The notes under the pieces were generated by a model. That model was not told the DNA's origin, did not search any database, and was given only the letters and a program-made list of their open reading frames with translations. Below are positions 1 to 10,353 of a DNA stretch of 64,000 bases, one piece after another; positions within the stretch are counted from its first letter, which is position 1, and every line of letters begins with the position of its first letter. The translations under genes and the position numbers were made by a program. The stretch is from Clostridia bacterium. Lineage in GTDB: Bacteria; Bacillota; Clostridia; JAAYHZ01. Location: the NCBI GenBank assembly GCA_050950825.1, contig JBMNIH010000004.1:384001-448000 (forward strand), in the 5' to 3' direction.

Positions 1-675
1 TCTTTCCGCACGATTATGAACGTCGTATTCGTACATGTTTTCTCTTTGCCATTCGTATTCGCTGTATTTAAGGTTTTCTTCAATAATTCGGTGGATTTCG
101 TCTACACTTTTGCTTTCAATGTCCTCTTTCGATAGAATTACGTTAAAATCCAGAAAGATTTTCCCTTTTCGAGATTTCATTGCCCATCGAGGGCAAGCCA
201 AATGGCAGCCTTTAAGAAGAACAAAGACCACCGGAATTTTAAGAAGCTTTACCAGCTTGGAGGTGGAATAAATGGGGGGAAGAGAATCTCCGTCCCAGCT
301 CCTTCCTCCTTCCGGGAAAATGCCGATAACGCCGTCCCAATTTTTTACCCTTAAAATGTTTTTTACGGCTTTGGAATCGCTCATGGATTTGGTCTTCGGA
401 ATCGCTCCCGCCCATTCTCTTAAGATAAACCGAAGCCATCTCGCTCTAAAGAAGTTATCCGATGTAACGAACTGGATCGGGTGTTTTACGTATCGGTTCA
501 CAAATATGGGGTCCCAATTGTTCACATGATTTGCCAAGATCAAATACGGAGGCTGCAGATCCTTAATGGCTTCCGTATTGGCGATGAATTCGTGCTTTCT
601 ATCTATAAATTTCGGTAAAAAAAATCTTGCCAAACGAATGACGGATTTGTTCGGTTTTTTGGTTATTTCATTCAT
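1..675 (-). CDS. Lysophospholipid/1-acyl-sn-glycerol-3-phosphate acyltransferase family protein (3' end runs off window)
   Basis: Not in ORF track. Manual translation from ATG at 675: MNEITKKPNK...PYLILANHVNNWDPIF...GVIGIFPEGGRSWDG...PRWA, containing the NHxxxxD and FPEG acyltransferase motifs. Frame is open to base 1; GAGG RBS upstream. Confidence 0.85.
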   Translation of the reverse strand, partial: MNEITKKPNKSVIRLARFFLPKFIDRKHEFIANTEAIKDLQPPYLILANHVNNWDPIFVNRYVKHPIQFVTSDNFFRARWLRFILREWAGAIPKTKSMSDSKAVKNILRVKNWDGVIGIFPEGGRSWDGDSLPPIYSTSKLVKLLKIPVVFVLLKGCHLACPRWAMKSRKGKIFLDFNVILSKEDIESKSVDEIHRIIEENLKYSEYEWQRENMYEYDVHNRAER

Positions 676-987
676 ATATCGATACCTCTATCGAATTACC
701 TTTCTTTTCCTAAAATCTCATATTTCATCTTAAAGTATAGTATCTTTTTTTCATATTATATCATATGACGAAGGATTCTTTCGTTATTCAATGGATGTGT
801 TATAATAAACACCGATTTTTATCCTCTTATGAAATTTTCACCATGAAATGATACCATAACTTTGGTTGAAAAAACAGTGGAAATCCTTCATTATTTATTG
901 TATGATATAAGATAAAATATTAATCAAGAAAAGAAGTTGAAAGGAGAAGCGGCTCACCGAAAAGAAAAGGATGAAGTCGTTCTATTT

Positions 988-1791
988 ATGAGATACAAAC
1001 TGATTGCAGTTGACATAGACGGTACATTGTTAGACTCGAACAGCCGATTACAACCCGAAACCATTCGTTCGGTACGAAGGGGGGTGTCAAACGGCCTGAT
1101 ATTTACCTTATCTACCGGCAGACCGGTTCAGGGGATAAGAAAACTGTTGAAGGAACTGGATGTAAAATCCGTTTCCATTACATACAACGGAGCAATGCTT
1201 GTAACGGAAAAAGAAGAGGTTCTTTACAGCTGTACCTTAAGACCCGCCGATGCCATAGATATTATCAGGCTAGGTATGGAGCGCAACCTTTCGCTTATAT
1301 TCTGGGCGAACAATATTCTGTATGCCAATGAAATCAACGACACCACAATTGCATACAGTGAAATCTCCGGAGTACCCCCGGTCCTTTTTAAAGATTATGA
1401 AAAGCTTGCATCCGAGGGAATCACCAAGGTCATATGGATTGACACACCGGAAGAAATCCGAAGGCAAGAGCAAGAAGTAGGAAAATACTTAAGCGATCAA
1501 GTGAACTTCCATACCTCAAGACCCATGTTCCTGGAGTTTGTGGATAAGAGCGCTTCGAAAGCTCTTGCCATGGAAAAGCTCGGCGAGATTTACGGCATTA
1601 AACGAGAAGAAATGATTGCCGTAGGTGACGGATTAAACGATCTTTCCATGATTCAATATGCCGGATTGGGTGTTGCCATGGCGAATTCGCATCCGGAGGT
1701 TTTAAAAGCCGCCGATTTCGTGACTTTGTCCAACGACGAAAACGGAGTCGGATATGTCATCGATCGGGTAACAGACGGCATCGATTTTTGA
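988..1791 (+). CDS. Cof-type HAD-IIB family hydrolase
   Basis: Motifs DIDGTLL, STGR, SKALA and GDGLND; start taken at MRYKLIA (988). Confidence 0.9.
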   Translation: MRYKLIAVDIDGTLLDSNSRLQPETIRSVRRGVSNGLIFTLSTGRPVQGIRKLLKELDVKSVSITYNGAMLVTEKEEVLYSCTLRPADAIDIIRLGMERNLSLIFWANNILYANEINDTTIAYSEISGVPPVLFKDYEKLASEGITKVIWIDTPEEIRRQEQEVGKYLSDQVNFHTSRPMFLEFVDKSASKALAMEKLGEIYGIKREEMIAVGDGLNDLSMIQYAGLGVAMANSHPEVLKAADFVTLSNDENGVGYVIDRVTDGIDF

Positions 1792-1830
1792 GTCTTTACG
1801 ATATTCATCAAGATCTATTTGGAGGAAATT

Positions 1831-2976
1831 ATGAGTAAAACCATCAGTGAAATAAATGAAAAAATAAAAGCGGGGAAAGCGGTGGTCGTCACGGCGGAAG
1901 AAGTGATCGACCTGGTGGAAAGAGACGGATACAAAAAAACGGCGGAAACCGTGGACGTCGTCACAACGGGAACCTTCGGACCCATGTGCTCTTCCGGTAT
2001 GTTCGTCAATTTCGGACATTCGAAGCCTCCGATCAAAATGACAAAGGTAACCTTGAACGATGTTCCGGCATATGCCGGATTAGCGGCGGTAGACGCTTAC
2101 ATAGGGGCCACGGAGCTGTCCTTGAAAAGAGGAATGGAATACGGCGGAGCCCATGTCATCGAAGACTTTATTGCGGGTAAAGATATCCTGTTGCAAGCCG
2201 AAAGCTACGGAACCGACTGTTATCCGAGAAAAGAAATAACGACAAAAGTGAACAAAGATAACGTCAACCAAATCTTTTTGTTTAACCCGAGAAACTGTTA
2301 TCAAAACTATGCGGCGGCTACCAACTCTACAAATAAAACCATCTATACGTACATGGGAACCTTGCTGCCGAACTACGGCAACGTAACGTACAGCACATCA
2401 GGCGAGCTCAGTCCTTTGCTGAACGACCCGGAATTCCGAACCATCGGTATCGGAACGAGGCTCTTTTTAGGAGGCGGTGTAGGGTACGTGGCTTGGGAAG
2501 GTACCCAGCATAATCCGGACCAAGCAAAATCGGAAAACGGATTGCCCGTAGCGGGAGCCGGCACCCTTTCGTTAATCGGCGATATACGCGGTATGAGTAC
2601 CGAATTTATTCGAGCGGGTGTATTTCAAAAATACGGTATCACGCTGTATGTAGGTGTGGGAATTCCCATCCCCATATTGGATGAAGAGATGTTAGCGAAG
2701 ACGGCAATTAAAAACAAAGACATCTATACCCGAATTGTCGATAAATCCGGAAAAGTTGATTTGGATATTCTGGTTAACTATGAGGAATTAAGAAGCGGGC
2801 AAATCTCCTTATTCGGTAAGAAGGTCAGTACCGCACCGCTGACAAGCCTATATAAATCGAGAATTATTGCCGAAAAACTGAAAGGGTGGATTTTGAACGG
2901 CAGCTTCTTGTTAACGGAAAAAGTCTGCGATTTGCCTGCCCACAATAAAGTGAATACCTTGGAAGTTAGGGGATGA
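1831..2976 (+). CDS. Homocysteine biosynthesis protein (L-aspartate-semialdehyde sulfurtransferase, DUF39/MA1821 family; no CBS domains)
   Basis: KTISEINEKIKAGKAVVVTAEE, VDVVTTGTFGPMCSSG, GTDCYPR, NPRNCYQNY, GELSPLLNDP; GGAGG RBS before ATG 1831. Confidence 0.88.
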   Translation: MSKTISEINEKIKAGKAVVVTAEEVIDLVERDGYKKTAETVDVVTTGTFGPMCSSGMFVNFGHSKPPIKMTKVTLNDVPAYAGLAAVDAYIGATELSLKRGMEYGGAHVIEDFIAGKDILLQAESYGTDCYPRKEITTKVNKDNVNQIFLFNPRNCYQNYAAATNSTNKTIYTYMGTLLPNYGNVTYSTSGELSPLLNDPEFRTIGIGTRLFLGGGVGYVAWEGTQHNPDQAKSENGLPVAGAGTLSLIGDIRGMSTEFIRAGVFQKYGITLYVGVGIPIPILDEEMLAKTAIKNKDIYTRIVDKSGKVDLDILVNYEELRSGQISLFGKKVSTAPLTSLYKSRIIAEKLKGWILNGSFLLTEKVCDLPAHNKVNTLEVRG

Positions 2977-2980
2977 TACC

Positions 2981-3409
2981 ATGAAGAAAATAAAGATAAC
3001 GTTTGAATTTCCGCCGAACAGCATAAAACAGCCGTTGACTTATCGATTGATTAAGGATTTTGACTTGATGTTAAATATTTTGAGCGCCGACGTGAGCTTA
3101 AATCGGACCGGCAGGTTGACAATGGACATGCAGGGGGAAGAAGACATGTTGGAAGCCGCATTGGATTGGGTAAAAAAACAAGGCATTTCCTTTAAAATCT
3201 TTGAAAAAGAAGTAATTTGGAACGAGGATAAATGCATTCACTGCGGCGCTTGCACCGCCGTATGTCCTTCCGGCGCTTTATCTTTAGACAATGAAACATG
3301 GAAGCTGACCTTTGATCGGGAAAAATGCCTGATTTGCGAATTATGTATTCAGACATGTCCGTTAGGAGTAATGGGTCTGAACGGCGACAACGCTTCTTTG
3401 GACACCTAA
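2981..3409 (+). CDS. NIL-domain 2x[4Fe-4S] ferredoxin (MA1822-like partner of the sulfurtransferase)
   Basis: N-terminal NIL domain (LNILSA), then CIHCGACTAVCP and CLICELCIQTCP. Confidence 0.88.
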   Translation: MKKIKITFEFPPNSIKQPLTYRLIKDFDLMLNILSADVSLNRTGRLTMDMQGEEDMLEAALDWVKKQGISFKIFEKEVIWNEDKCIHCGACTAVCPSGALSLDNETWKLTFDREKCLICELCIQTCPLGVMGLNGDNASLDT

Positions 3410-3419
3410 AGTTATCGGT

Positions 3420-4157
3420 ATGAATGAAAAGTATACGGAACGTTTTTATCGAAATCGATTTAAAAACGACAAGCTGACCTATTTCACCGTAAAGGTGAAG
3501 GAAACCGATTTGAGTATCGGTGCAACCGGAAACCTGCATGAGCAAGCCCTTGCATCGATACTCAAATACCGGGCCATCGTGGAGACGTATATTGAAAAGC
3601 ATCCGGAGTTTTTGACATCTTTTTCTCCTATCAAGTCCGCACCGAACGCATCGTTTTTAATAAGGAAAATGTGCGATGCGGCTTTTGCCGCAAATGTAGG
3701 ACCGATGGCCGCCATTGCGGGAGCCATTGCCGAAGCGGTAGGATACGATCTTTTAAAGTACAGCGACCAAGTGATCGTAGAAAACGGGGGAGATGTTTTC
3801 ATACATTGTAAAGAAGACATCAAGGTAGGAATCTTCTCGGGAGACTCTCCTTTTAAAGACAAATTGGCGTTAAAATTAAAAGCGGAGGATATGCCTTTAG
3901 GGGTATGTTCTTCTTCCGGTAAAATCGGCCCTTCCATTAGCTTTGGAAAAAGTGACGTTGTGACCATCGTATCCAAAAGCACATATTTGGCAGATGCCGC
4001 CGCTACGTCCGTAGCGAATCGGTTAAGAACCGGAGAGGATATGGAGGCCACCATCGAATATGCAAAAACGATAAAAGGCGTAACGGGAGTCGTAGCGGTT
4101 ATTGGCAATAAAATCGGGGCATGGGGTCAAGTGGAGCTTGTTAAATGGAGTTCATAA
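3420..4157 (+). CDS. UPF0280/ApbE-like protein (COG2122, MA1715-like)
   Basis: VGPMAAIAGAIAE, VENGGD, GVCSSSGKIGPSISFG, LADAAAT. Confidence 0.85.
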   Translation: MNEKYTERFYRNRFKNDKLTYFTVKVKETDLSIGATGNLHEQALASILKYRAIVETYIEKHPEFLTSFSPIKSAPNASFLIRKMCDAAFAANVGPMAAIAGAIAEAVGYDLLKYSDQVIVENGGDVFIHCKEDIKVGIFSGDSPFKDKLALKLKAEDMPLGVCSSSGKIGPSISFGKSDVVTIVSKSTYLADAAATSVANRLRTGEDMEATIEYAKTIKGVTGVVAVIGNKIGAWGQVELVKWSS

Positions 4158-4182
4158 AAGTTTTTACGAGGGAATAGAGGAT

Positions 4183-5004
4183 ATGGATAATCACAGAGAG
4201 AAATTTAAAAATATTAAGCGATTGGTTGTCAAAGTAGGGACTTCAACGTTGACGCATAAGGATGGCAACTTGAATCTACGATGCATTGAAAAGCTGAGTA
4301 TGGTATTAACCGATATAATGAACAGAGGAATCGAAGTCGTACTCGTATCTTCCGGAGCTATCGCCGTAGGGGTAGGAACCATGCATTTGAAGGAAAGACC
4401 AAAGGATACTCCGGGTAAACAAGCGGCGGCGGCAGTAGGCCAATGCGTATTAATGAATATTTACAGCAAATATTTCAGAGAATACGGCAAGACGGTAGCC
4501 CAGATCCTTCTGACCAAAGATATTTTGGAAGATGAGATTCGTAAAAGAAACGTTATTAATACCTTCAACAGCTTGAACGAGCACGGGGTAATTCCCATCG
4601 TCAACGAGAACGACTCCGTTGCAACGGACGAGTTGGAATACGGTGAAAAGAAGCTGTTCGGTGACAACGATACTTTGTCGGCCATCGTGGCTTGTTTATT
4701 GGAGGCGGATCTTCTCGTCATCTTATCCGACGTAAACGGGTTTTACTCCGAAGATCCGAGAAAAGGAAACAATTGCAAGATTATCGATACGATTTACGAC
4801 ATTGACGAACGAATCGCCGCTTGCGCAGGCGGTAAAGGAACCGCCCTCGGGACCGGCGGTATGATCACCAAATTGGTGGCAGCCCGTCTGGTTATGGAAC
4901 GAGGAATCGATATGGTTCTTGCAAATGGAAACGACCCTGAACATATTTACGATATATTGGACGGAGAGAATATCGGCACTGTATTTGTAGGGAAAACCAA
5001 ATAA
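4183..5004 (+). CDS. proB: Glutamate 5-kinase (no PUA domain)
   Basis: VVKVGTSTLT, VSSGAIAVG, NENDSV, FGDNDTLSA, GTGGMITK; GAGG RBS before ATG 4183. Confidence 0.95.
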   Translation: MDNHREKFKNIKRLVVKVGTSTLTHKDGNLNLRCIEKLSMVLTDIMNRGIEVVLVSSGAIAVGVGTMHLKERPKDTPGKQAAAAVGQCVLMNIYSKYFREYGKTVAQILLTKDILEDEIRKRNVINTFNSLNEHGVIPIVNENDSVATDELEYGEKKLFGDNDTLSAIVACLLEADLLVILSDVNGFYSEDPRKGNNCKIIDTIYDIDERIAACAGGKGTALGTGGMITKLVAARLVMERGIDMVLANGNDPEHIYDILDGENIGTVFVGKTK

Positions 5005-5018
5005 AGGAGCGGTGAGAT

Positions 5019-6269
5019 ATGGATTTAACGTTGTTGGGCACAAAAGGGAAAAAGGCTTCTTATGAGCTTGCAAAGGCGGCAGGGCAGGACAAGAACGACG
5101 CATTAGCCAAAATAGCAGAGGGCCTCATCAAAGATATTCCCCGTATTTTGGAAGCCAATCAAAAAGATGTGGAAAAGGCGAAAGCAAACAACATTTCATC
5201 CGCTTTGTTAGATCGGTTAATTTTGAACGAGAACAGAATTCATCAAATTTCCGACAGTTTGGTAGCCCTTATTGCCCTACCCGACCCTGTAGGCGAAGTT
5301 TTGGAAATGAAGGAGCGACCGAACGGATTACGTATAGGCAAACAAAGAGTTCCCATCGGTGTTATCGGAATGATATACGAATCTCGCCCCAATGTTACGG
5401 CGGATGCGGCAGGGTTATGCATTAAATCCGGAAATGCCGTAATCTTACGAGGGGGCAGCGATGCCATTCATTCCAATATCGCCATTGTCCGTTCCATACG
5501 GAATTCTTTAAAGCAAAGCAAATTGCCGGAGGACTGCGTACAAATAATCGAAGACACCTCCCGAGAAATCGTAAGAGAATTCATGAAATTGAATCGGTAC
5601 GTGGACATTTTGATACCGAGAGGCGGAGCGGGTTTGATCAAATCCGTTATCGAAAATGCCACCATACCGGTTATCGAAACGGGAACGGGTAATTGCCACG
5701 TATATGTGGACAGTTCGGCTAACCTCGAGATGGCCTTAAACATTATCGTAAATGCAAAGACACAAAGACCGGGTGTTTGCAATGCCGCAGAAACTTTATT
5801 GGTTTCCGAAGATAGAGCTGAAGACTTCCTGCCTATGGCAAAAAAGGCGTTGATCGCGAAAAAAGTACAACTGCGCTGCTGTGAAAAATCTTACGAAATG
5901 CTAAAAGGAGATCCTTTGGTTGTTCAAGCCACGGAAGAGGATTGGGAGACCGAATTTTTGGACTATATCTTGGCGGTTAAAATCGTAAAGGACGTGGACG
6001 AAGCGATCGAACATATCAATCGGTACGGAACCATGCATTCCGAGGCCATTGTTACCGAAAGCTATACGAATGCCAACAAGTTTTTAAAGGAAGTCGATGC
6101 GGCGGCTGTTTACGTGAATGCATCCACACGATTTACCGACGGAGGTGAATTCGGGTTCGGAGCGGAAATCGGAATCAGCACCCAAAAGCTCCATGCAAGA
6201 GGTCCTATGGGGCTTGCGGAATTGACAACTATAAAGTATATAATATATGGAAACGGTCAGGTAAGATAA
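5019..6269 (+). CDS. proA: Glutamate-5-semialdehyde dehydrogenase
   Basis: IYESRPNVT, GVCNAAETLL, NASTRFTDGGEFGFGAEIGISTQKLHARGPMGL. Confidence 0.97.
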   Translation: MDLTLLGTKGKKASYELAKAAGQDKNDALAKIAEGLIKDIPRILEANQKDVEKAKANNISSALLDRLILNENRIHQISDSLVALIALPDPVGEVLEMKERPNGLRIGKQRVPIGVIGMIYESRPNVTADAAGLCIKSGNAVILRGGSDAIHSNIAIVRSIRNSLKQSKLPEDCVQIIEDTSREIVREFMKLNRYVDILIPRGGAGLIKSVIENATIPVIETGTGNCHVYVDSSANLEMALNIIVNAKTQRPGVCNAAETLLVSEDRAEDFLPMAKKALIAKKVQLRCCEKSYEMLKGDPLVVQATEEDWETEFLDYILAVKIVKDVDEAIEHINRYGTMHSEAIVTESYTNANKFLKEVDAAAVYVNASTRFTDGGEFGFGAEIGISTQKLHARGPMGLAELTTIKYIIYGNGQVR

Positions 6270-6307
6270 TACAAGGTATCGAAAATAAAACGGCATAGTA
6301 GTATAAC

Positions 6308-6352
6308 AAAAAGAAGGAAGAGCTTTTACGTCTTTGGCATCTTCCTTCTTTT
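6308..6352. terminator. Bidirectional intrinsic terminator between convergent proA and PBP1A
   Basis: AAAAGAAGGAAGAGC...GCATCTTCCTTCTTTT stem flanked by A and T runs. Confidence 0.7.
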
Positions 6353-6364
6353 ATTTTCTTTATA

Positions 6365-9070
6365 TTACGCAACCTCACCCGAGGTAATCGGTTCCTGTTC
6401 CGGGGTTGTCTCTTCCTCGTTCCTATCGGCTAGGGGAGGTTTGTCGATTTGGATACCTTCTCCGATATCAACATTGTCTTCATCCTCCGGAGTATGCTCC
6501 GCAATAGGAGGCGTTTGTGACGTTTCCGACGGAGGATTGGGATTGTTGCCTACAGGAGGAATGTTTATGGCTGCTCCGTCTCCGGTTACCGGAGGTTTAT
6601 GGTGTGTGCAGTATTCTCCTGCCGGCAGCTCATAGTACATATCTTCTACTATGGGTTCGTTGGGATTGCTCGGTATCCAAGGAACATCTCTTAAGATAAA
6701 CACCTTTTCCACCACGGTACTCGGGTCGCAGTAGGGATTTGCCAGAAGATATCGGCCCCAAATATCTTTTGAAGCGGTGCATACCTTTGCCTTGACGTGA
6801 ACGTCGCATACATCCTCATAGGAGGGTTCGGTTCCTCGGACAAAATATTCGGTTTTCACGCAGTTTCCTCTCGGATCGTTCTTGCAATTCTCCGTTGCAA
6901 TCTTTCCGGAGAAAATACAAACATCTCGCGTGACGATGTTGGCCGGAGGTTCCGGGAATTTGGCGTCGGGCAAGTCTTGGTGTATCAAGTTCATGACCGC
7001 GTTCCAAATAATCATGGCTTGGTTGTATTCCGCATTTGTCAGCTTAATAGGTCTTATTTTATTATCATATCCGTACCAAACGGCAGCGGTATAGTAGGGA
7101 GTAAAGCCCACAAACCACTTGTCCAAATCATCGCTGGTGGTTCCGGTTTTACCGGCCACATCGATGGCTCCGTTTTTGATGCAGATATAAGATGCCGCGG
7201 TACCGCCACCGGCCCATTGGCCGCCGAAGGGAGAATTTTTAGGCGTTACAACTTCCCTCAATACACTTCTCATAAGAAAAGCCGTTTCTTCGCTGTAGGC
7301 GACGGTGTATTCGGGGCGGTTGTCCAATATGACGTTACCGTCGATATCCACGACCCTGGTGTAGGTGGTAGGAGGAGAATAGATACCGCTGTTAACAAAG
7401 GGCGTGTATGCGGCTGCCATCTCCATGGGAGATACCCCGGTTCGAAGACCGCCCAGCGATACCGAAACGGTGTCGTGGAAAATTTCGCCTTCTCGATCAA
7501 TACCGACCTTCTTTAAGTAAGCAAGGCAATTTTCATATCCTAATATTTCTTTCCAAACCCTTGCGGAAACAACGTTCGTAGAAACTTTGATTCCGTAGCG
7601 AATGGAAGTTAGGCCTCGATACTGATTCTTCACATAGTTGGTAGGATAGATGGTGTCGGGATTCTTTTCGTCCAAGTAAACCGGCACGTCGTCGATAACG
7701 GTAGCCGGCTGTATCAGCTTCAGATCCATTGCCGGTGCATACACGGCTATAGGCTTAAAGGAGGATCCGGGCTGTCTTTTTGCTTGGGTGGCACGATTGT
7801 AAGCACGGCTTATGGTCTTTTCTCCGTTCCCGCCGTACATAGCCTTTACGTACCCTGTGTAAGGGTCGATTATGACCATTCCCGCTTGAGGTATTTCACC
7901 GTATTTTTCTGCTTCTTTGTTAATGGTATTCCCGTTTTCATCCTTTACAGGGAAGTAAGAAGGATCCATGAATATAGAATCCATAGCCGACTGGATGAAG
8001 GGATCCATGGTGGTATAAATTTTGTATCCGTTATTATATACCATGGATTCGGCGATGGAGCGAGTGATGTTCTTTTGTTCGATCAAATCGTTGATTACTT
8101 CATTGAGAACATGATCCACAAAATACGTGGTCGGTTTTTCTATGGCCGTCTTTCTTACGAATTTATACTCAAGCTTTTCGTTTAATGCGGAATCATACTC
8201 TTTTTTGTCGATGAACCCTAACTCCAGCATCTTGTCCAAAACCAATTTCATACGGAATTGTACTTCCTCACGGCCTTTTTCCGTTGCCGGATTATATGTG
8301 CTCGGAGCGTTGGGTATGGCCGCCAAAACGGCGCATTCCGCTAACGAAAGCTCGCTTACGTCTTTGTCGAAATAATAGTTGGCCGCCGCTTGGACACCAT
8401 AGCAGCCGTTGCCTTCGTTGATCACGTTGGCATACAAAGTCAAGATCCGTTTTTTATCGTATTTTCTTTCCAACAGAATGGCGTTGTACCATTCCTGAAC
8501 CTTTCTCTCGATGCTTTGGTCCCATTTGCCGGTAACATGCTTTACGACCTGTTGGGTGATGGTACTTCCCCCTTGCATAATTCTTCCTCTGTTTTTAACG
8601 ATACTGTATACGGAGCTTAAAATACGTCGGGTGTCGATGCCGATATGGTTGTAAAAGCGTTCGTCCTCTATGGCGATAAAGGCTTGCTCCAAATAGAGGG
8701 GCATTTGGTCGTAGGTTATGGGTATACGGTTGATGTTTTGACTTCCCGTCAATTCCATGATGATATTGCCGTCGGCATCGTAGATATAGGAGGTTAGCCC
8801 GGTTCGAATTTCCAACTGCTCCGGCTGAACCGGAACCGTTGTGGACAGGTACCCGTAAACAATACCGGTTAACAACCCCCCTCCGGATATTCCGATGGCT
8901 ACAAGCAGTATAAAGAATACTTTTAATATGAATAAAATAAATTTGAAAAAAATTCCTATCGGTTTTTTCACAATACGTTTCTTTTTGGAAGATTCTTTTT
9001 TGCTTTTATTGGCTGACAACCTTTTTCTTTGGCTTTTCTTTTTTGGTTCAGGTAAAGTTTTTTGGTCCAT
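6365..9070 (-). CDS. Class A penicillin-binding protein (PBP1A family transglycosylase/transpeptidase)
   Basis: EDERF, GGSTITQQ, RKVQE glycosyltransferase motifs; SSFK, STN, KTGT transpeptidase motifs; N-terminal TM anchor; Cys/His-rich and Pro/Glu-rich C-terminus. Confidence 0.95.
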   Translation of the reverse strand: MDQKTLPEPKKKSQRKRLSANKSKKESSKKKRIVKKPIGIFFKFILFILKVFFILLVAIGISGGGLLTGIVYGYLSTTVPVQPEQLEIRTGLTSYIYDADGNIIMELTGSQNINRIPITYDQMPLYLEQAFIAIEDERFYNHIGIDTRRILSSVYSIVKNRGRIMQGGSTITQQVVKHVTGKWDQSIERKVQEWYNAILLERKYDKKRILTLYANVINEGNGCYGVQAAANYYFDKDVSELSLAECAVLAAIPNAPSTYNPATEKGREEVQFRMKLVLDKMLELGFIDKKEYDSALNEKLEYKFVRKTAIEKPTTYFVDHVLNEVINDLIEQKNITRSIAESMVYNNGYKIYTTMDPFIQSAMDSIFMDPSYFPVKDENGNTINKEAEKYGEIPQAGMVIIDPYTGYVKAMYGGNGEKTISRAYNRATQAKRQPGSSFKPIAVYAPAMDLKLIQPATVIDDVPVYLDEKNPDTIYPTNYVKNQYRGLTSIRYGIKVSTNVVSARVWKEILGYENCLAYLKKVGIDREGEIFHDTVSVSLGGLRTGVSPMEMAAAYTPFVNSGIYSPPTTYTRVVDIDGNVILDNRPEYTVAYSEETAFLMRSVLREVVTPKNSPFGGQWAGGGTAASYICIKNGAIDVAGKTGTTSDDLDKWFVGFTPYYTAAVWYGYDNKIRPIKLTNAEYNQAMIIWNAVMNLIHQDLPDAKFPEPPANIVTRDVCIFSGKIATENCKNDPRGNCVKTEYFVRGTEPSYEDVCDVHVKAKVCTASKDIWGRYLLANPYCDPSTVVEKVFILRDVPWIPSNPNEPIVEDMYYELPAGEYCTHHKPPVTGDGAAINIPPVGNNPNPPSETSQTPPIAEHTPEDEDNVDIGEGIQIDKPPLADRNEEETTPEQEPITSGEVA

Positions 9071-9180
9071 TATGATCTCCCGATTTCTTCCCCTTATCGA
9101 AAAATGGTCTTGTTAAATTTTGCGATTCAATAATACGTAATTATATCATACAACCGAAATTTTGACTATGCCATGTTTTT

Positions 9181-9215
9181 CCGACAAAACTCCGATAAAA
9201 AAGCCGATAAAAAAG
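9181..9215 (+). repeat. Short tandem direct repeat in divergent promoter region
   Basis: CCGACAAAACT followed by CCGATAAAAAAG x2, upstream of TTGACA (9243). Confidence 0.6.
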
Positions 9216-9345
9216 TAAATTGAGAAACATACAATAAAACATTTGACATACTATGTACTATGTGTAAGATATAATTATAGGAGTTTTGCAAGTCCGGTTT
9301 ATGGAAATTTGCAAAAACTAAAATACGGTGTAGGAGGTAGTTTTT

Positions 9346-9765
9346 ATGTTGATTTTGTTGCCGTTGATAGGGTGGCTGCTTGGTATCGCTTTGTATTTAT
9401 TGATGGCTTGGTCCTTGTATGTGATGGCTTCGAAACGGAATATTGAATATGCATGGCTGGCTTTCATTCCATTCGCGAATTATTACATACTCGGTAAGCT
9501 GGTAGGCGATGTTTCCGTCGGTACATATCCTGTTCCTTACATTGAATATGTATTGCCTGCGGGAGCATTATTATGCGCCATCATTCCTATTATTCGATGG
9601 CTCATTGCTATTGTTTTTGCAGTCCTGCTCTTCTTTACTTTACTCAAATTGTTTAAAATGTATTCGCCCGGGAACGAAATATTGTATGCCGTTTTAAGTC
9701 TCATTCCTATTGTATTACCGATACTCCTGTTCATCATCAAAGATAATACGCCTACTACAGCTTAA
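9346..9765 (+). CDS. Small hypothetical membrane protein
   Basis: Several hydrophobic helices, AWLAFIPFAN motif, AGGAGG RBS, TTGACA-16-TAAGAT promoter. Confidence 0.8.
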   Translation: MLILLPLIGWLLGIALYLLMAWSLYVMASKRNIEYAWLAFIPFANYYILGKLVGDVSVGTYPVPYIEYVLPAGALLCAIIPIIRWLIAIVFAVLLFFTLLKLFKMYSPGNEILYAVLSLIPIVLPILLFIIKDNTPTTA

Positions 9766-9929
9766 AGTCATATCATTTGTCATACAACCGGATCGTATCG
9801 GTTTGTATAATGAAAATCATACCGGTTGCCCGATAAATCCCGGGTATATCGGTTTTTTTGTTGTGAACCTGTTTGTGATAAAATAAGTCGGATTAATATT
9901 CCCATTAGAAACGAAAGGAAAATACGACC

Positions 9930-10353
9930 GTGAATAATACACCGCGGAGAAAAAAATGAAAAGAAAGGATCGGCTCCAATCGGCAAGGCATTGGATTCCG
10001 AGTTATACAGGTAAAAATATCGTAAAGGCTATAGTAAATACTACGGTGTTGACAGGCTCTGTGCCGCCGTCGAACTGAAAATGTTAGGTTATGACATATC
10101 GGATGAATATATTGAAGGTTTAAAAGCGGATTTGGCAAGAAAGCAAGAGGAAAAAGAAAGAAGAAGAGAAAAAGAAGCGGAAGAAAGAGCGGAATACCAA
10201 GACGAAAACTTTTACTTTATTGCAGGATTTACATCCGGCGGTGCGCCGTACGGCTGCACATGGGAATCTTTGGAGGATTCCGAGGATCCTTCTATGGATG
10301 ATTTAGGAAAACAACATTTTGAAAATATCGACGACAATGAGGTTCCGTTTTAA
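9930..10353 (+). pseudogene. Conserved hypothetical protein interrupted by two apparent 1-nt deletions (pseudogene or assembly error)
   Basis: GTG 9930 after GAAAGGAA. Adding one A at the A-run ~9951 and one at ~10025 gives a continuous NNTPRRKKMKRKDRLQSARHW...GKNIVKGYSKYYGVDRLCAAVELKMLGY...FYFIAGFTSGGAPYG (424+2 nt = 142 codons). Confidence 0.65.

Noticed and set aside
3479-4108. 209-aa minus-strand ORF
   Set aside because: Antisense shadow of the UPF0280 gene with no recognisable motifs.
6365-6930. Cys/His-repeat and Pro-rich tail of PBP1A as a novel domain
   Set aside because: Similar tails are common on clostridial class A PBPs as far as I know; nothing locus-specific.
6797-7516. 239-aa plus-strand ORF
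   Set aside because: Antisense to PBP1A with no motifs.
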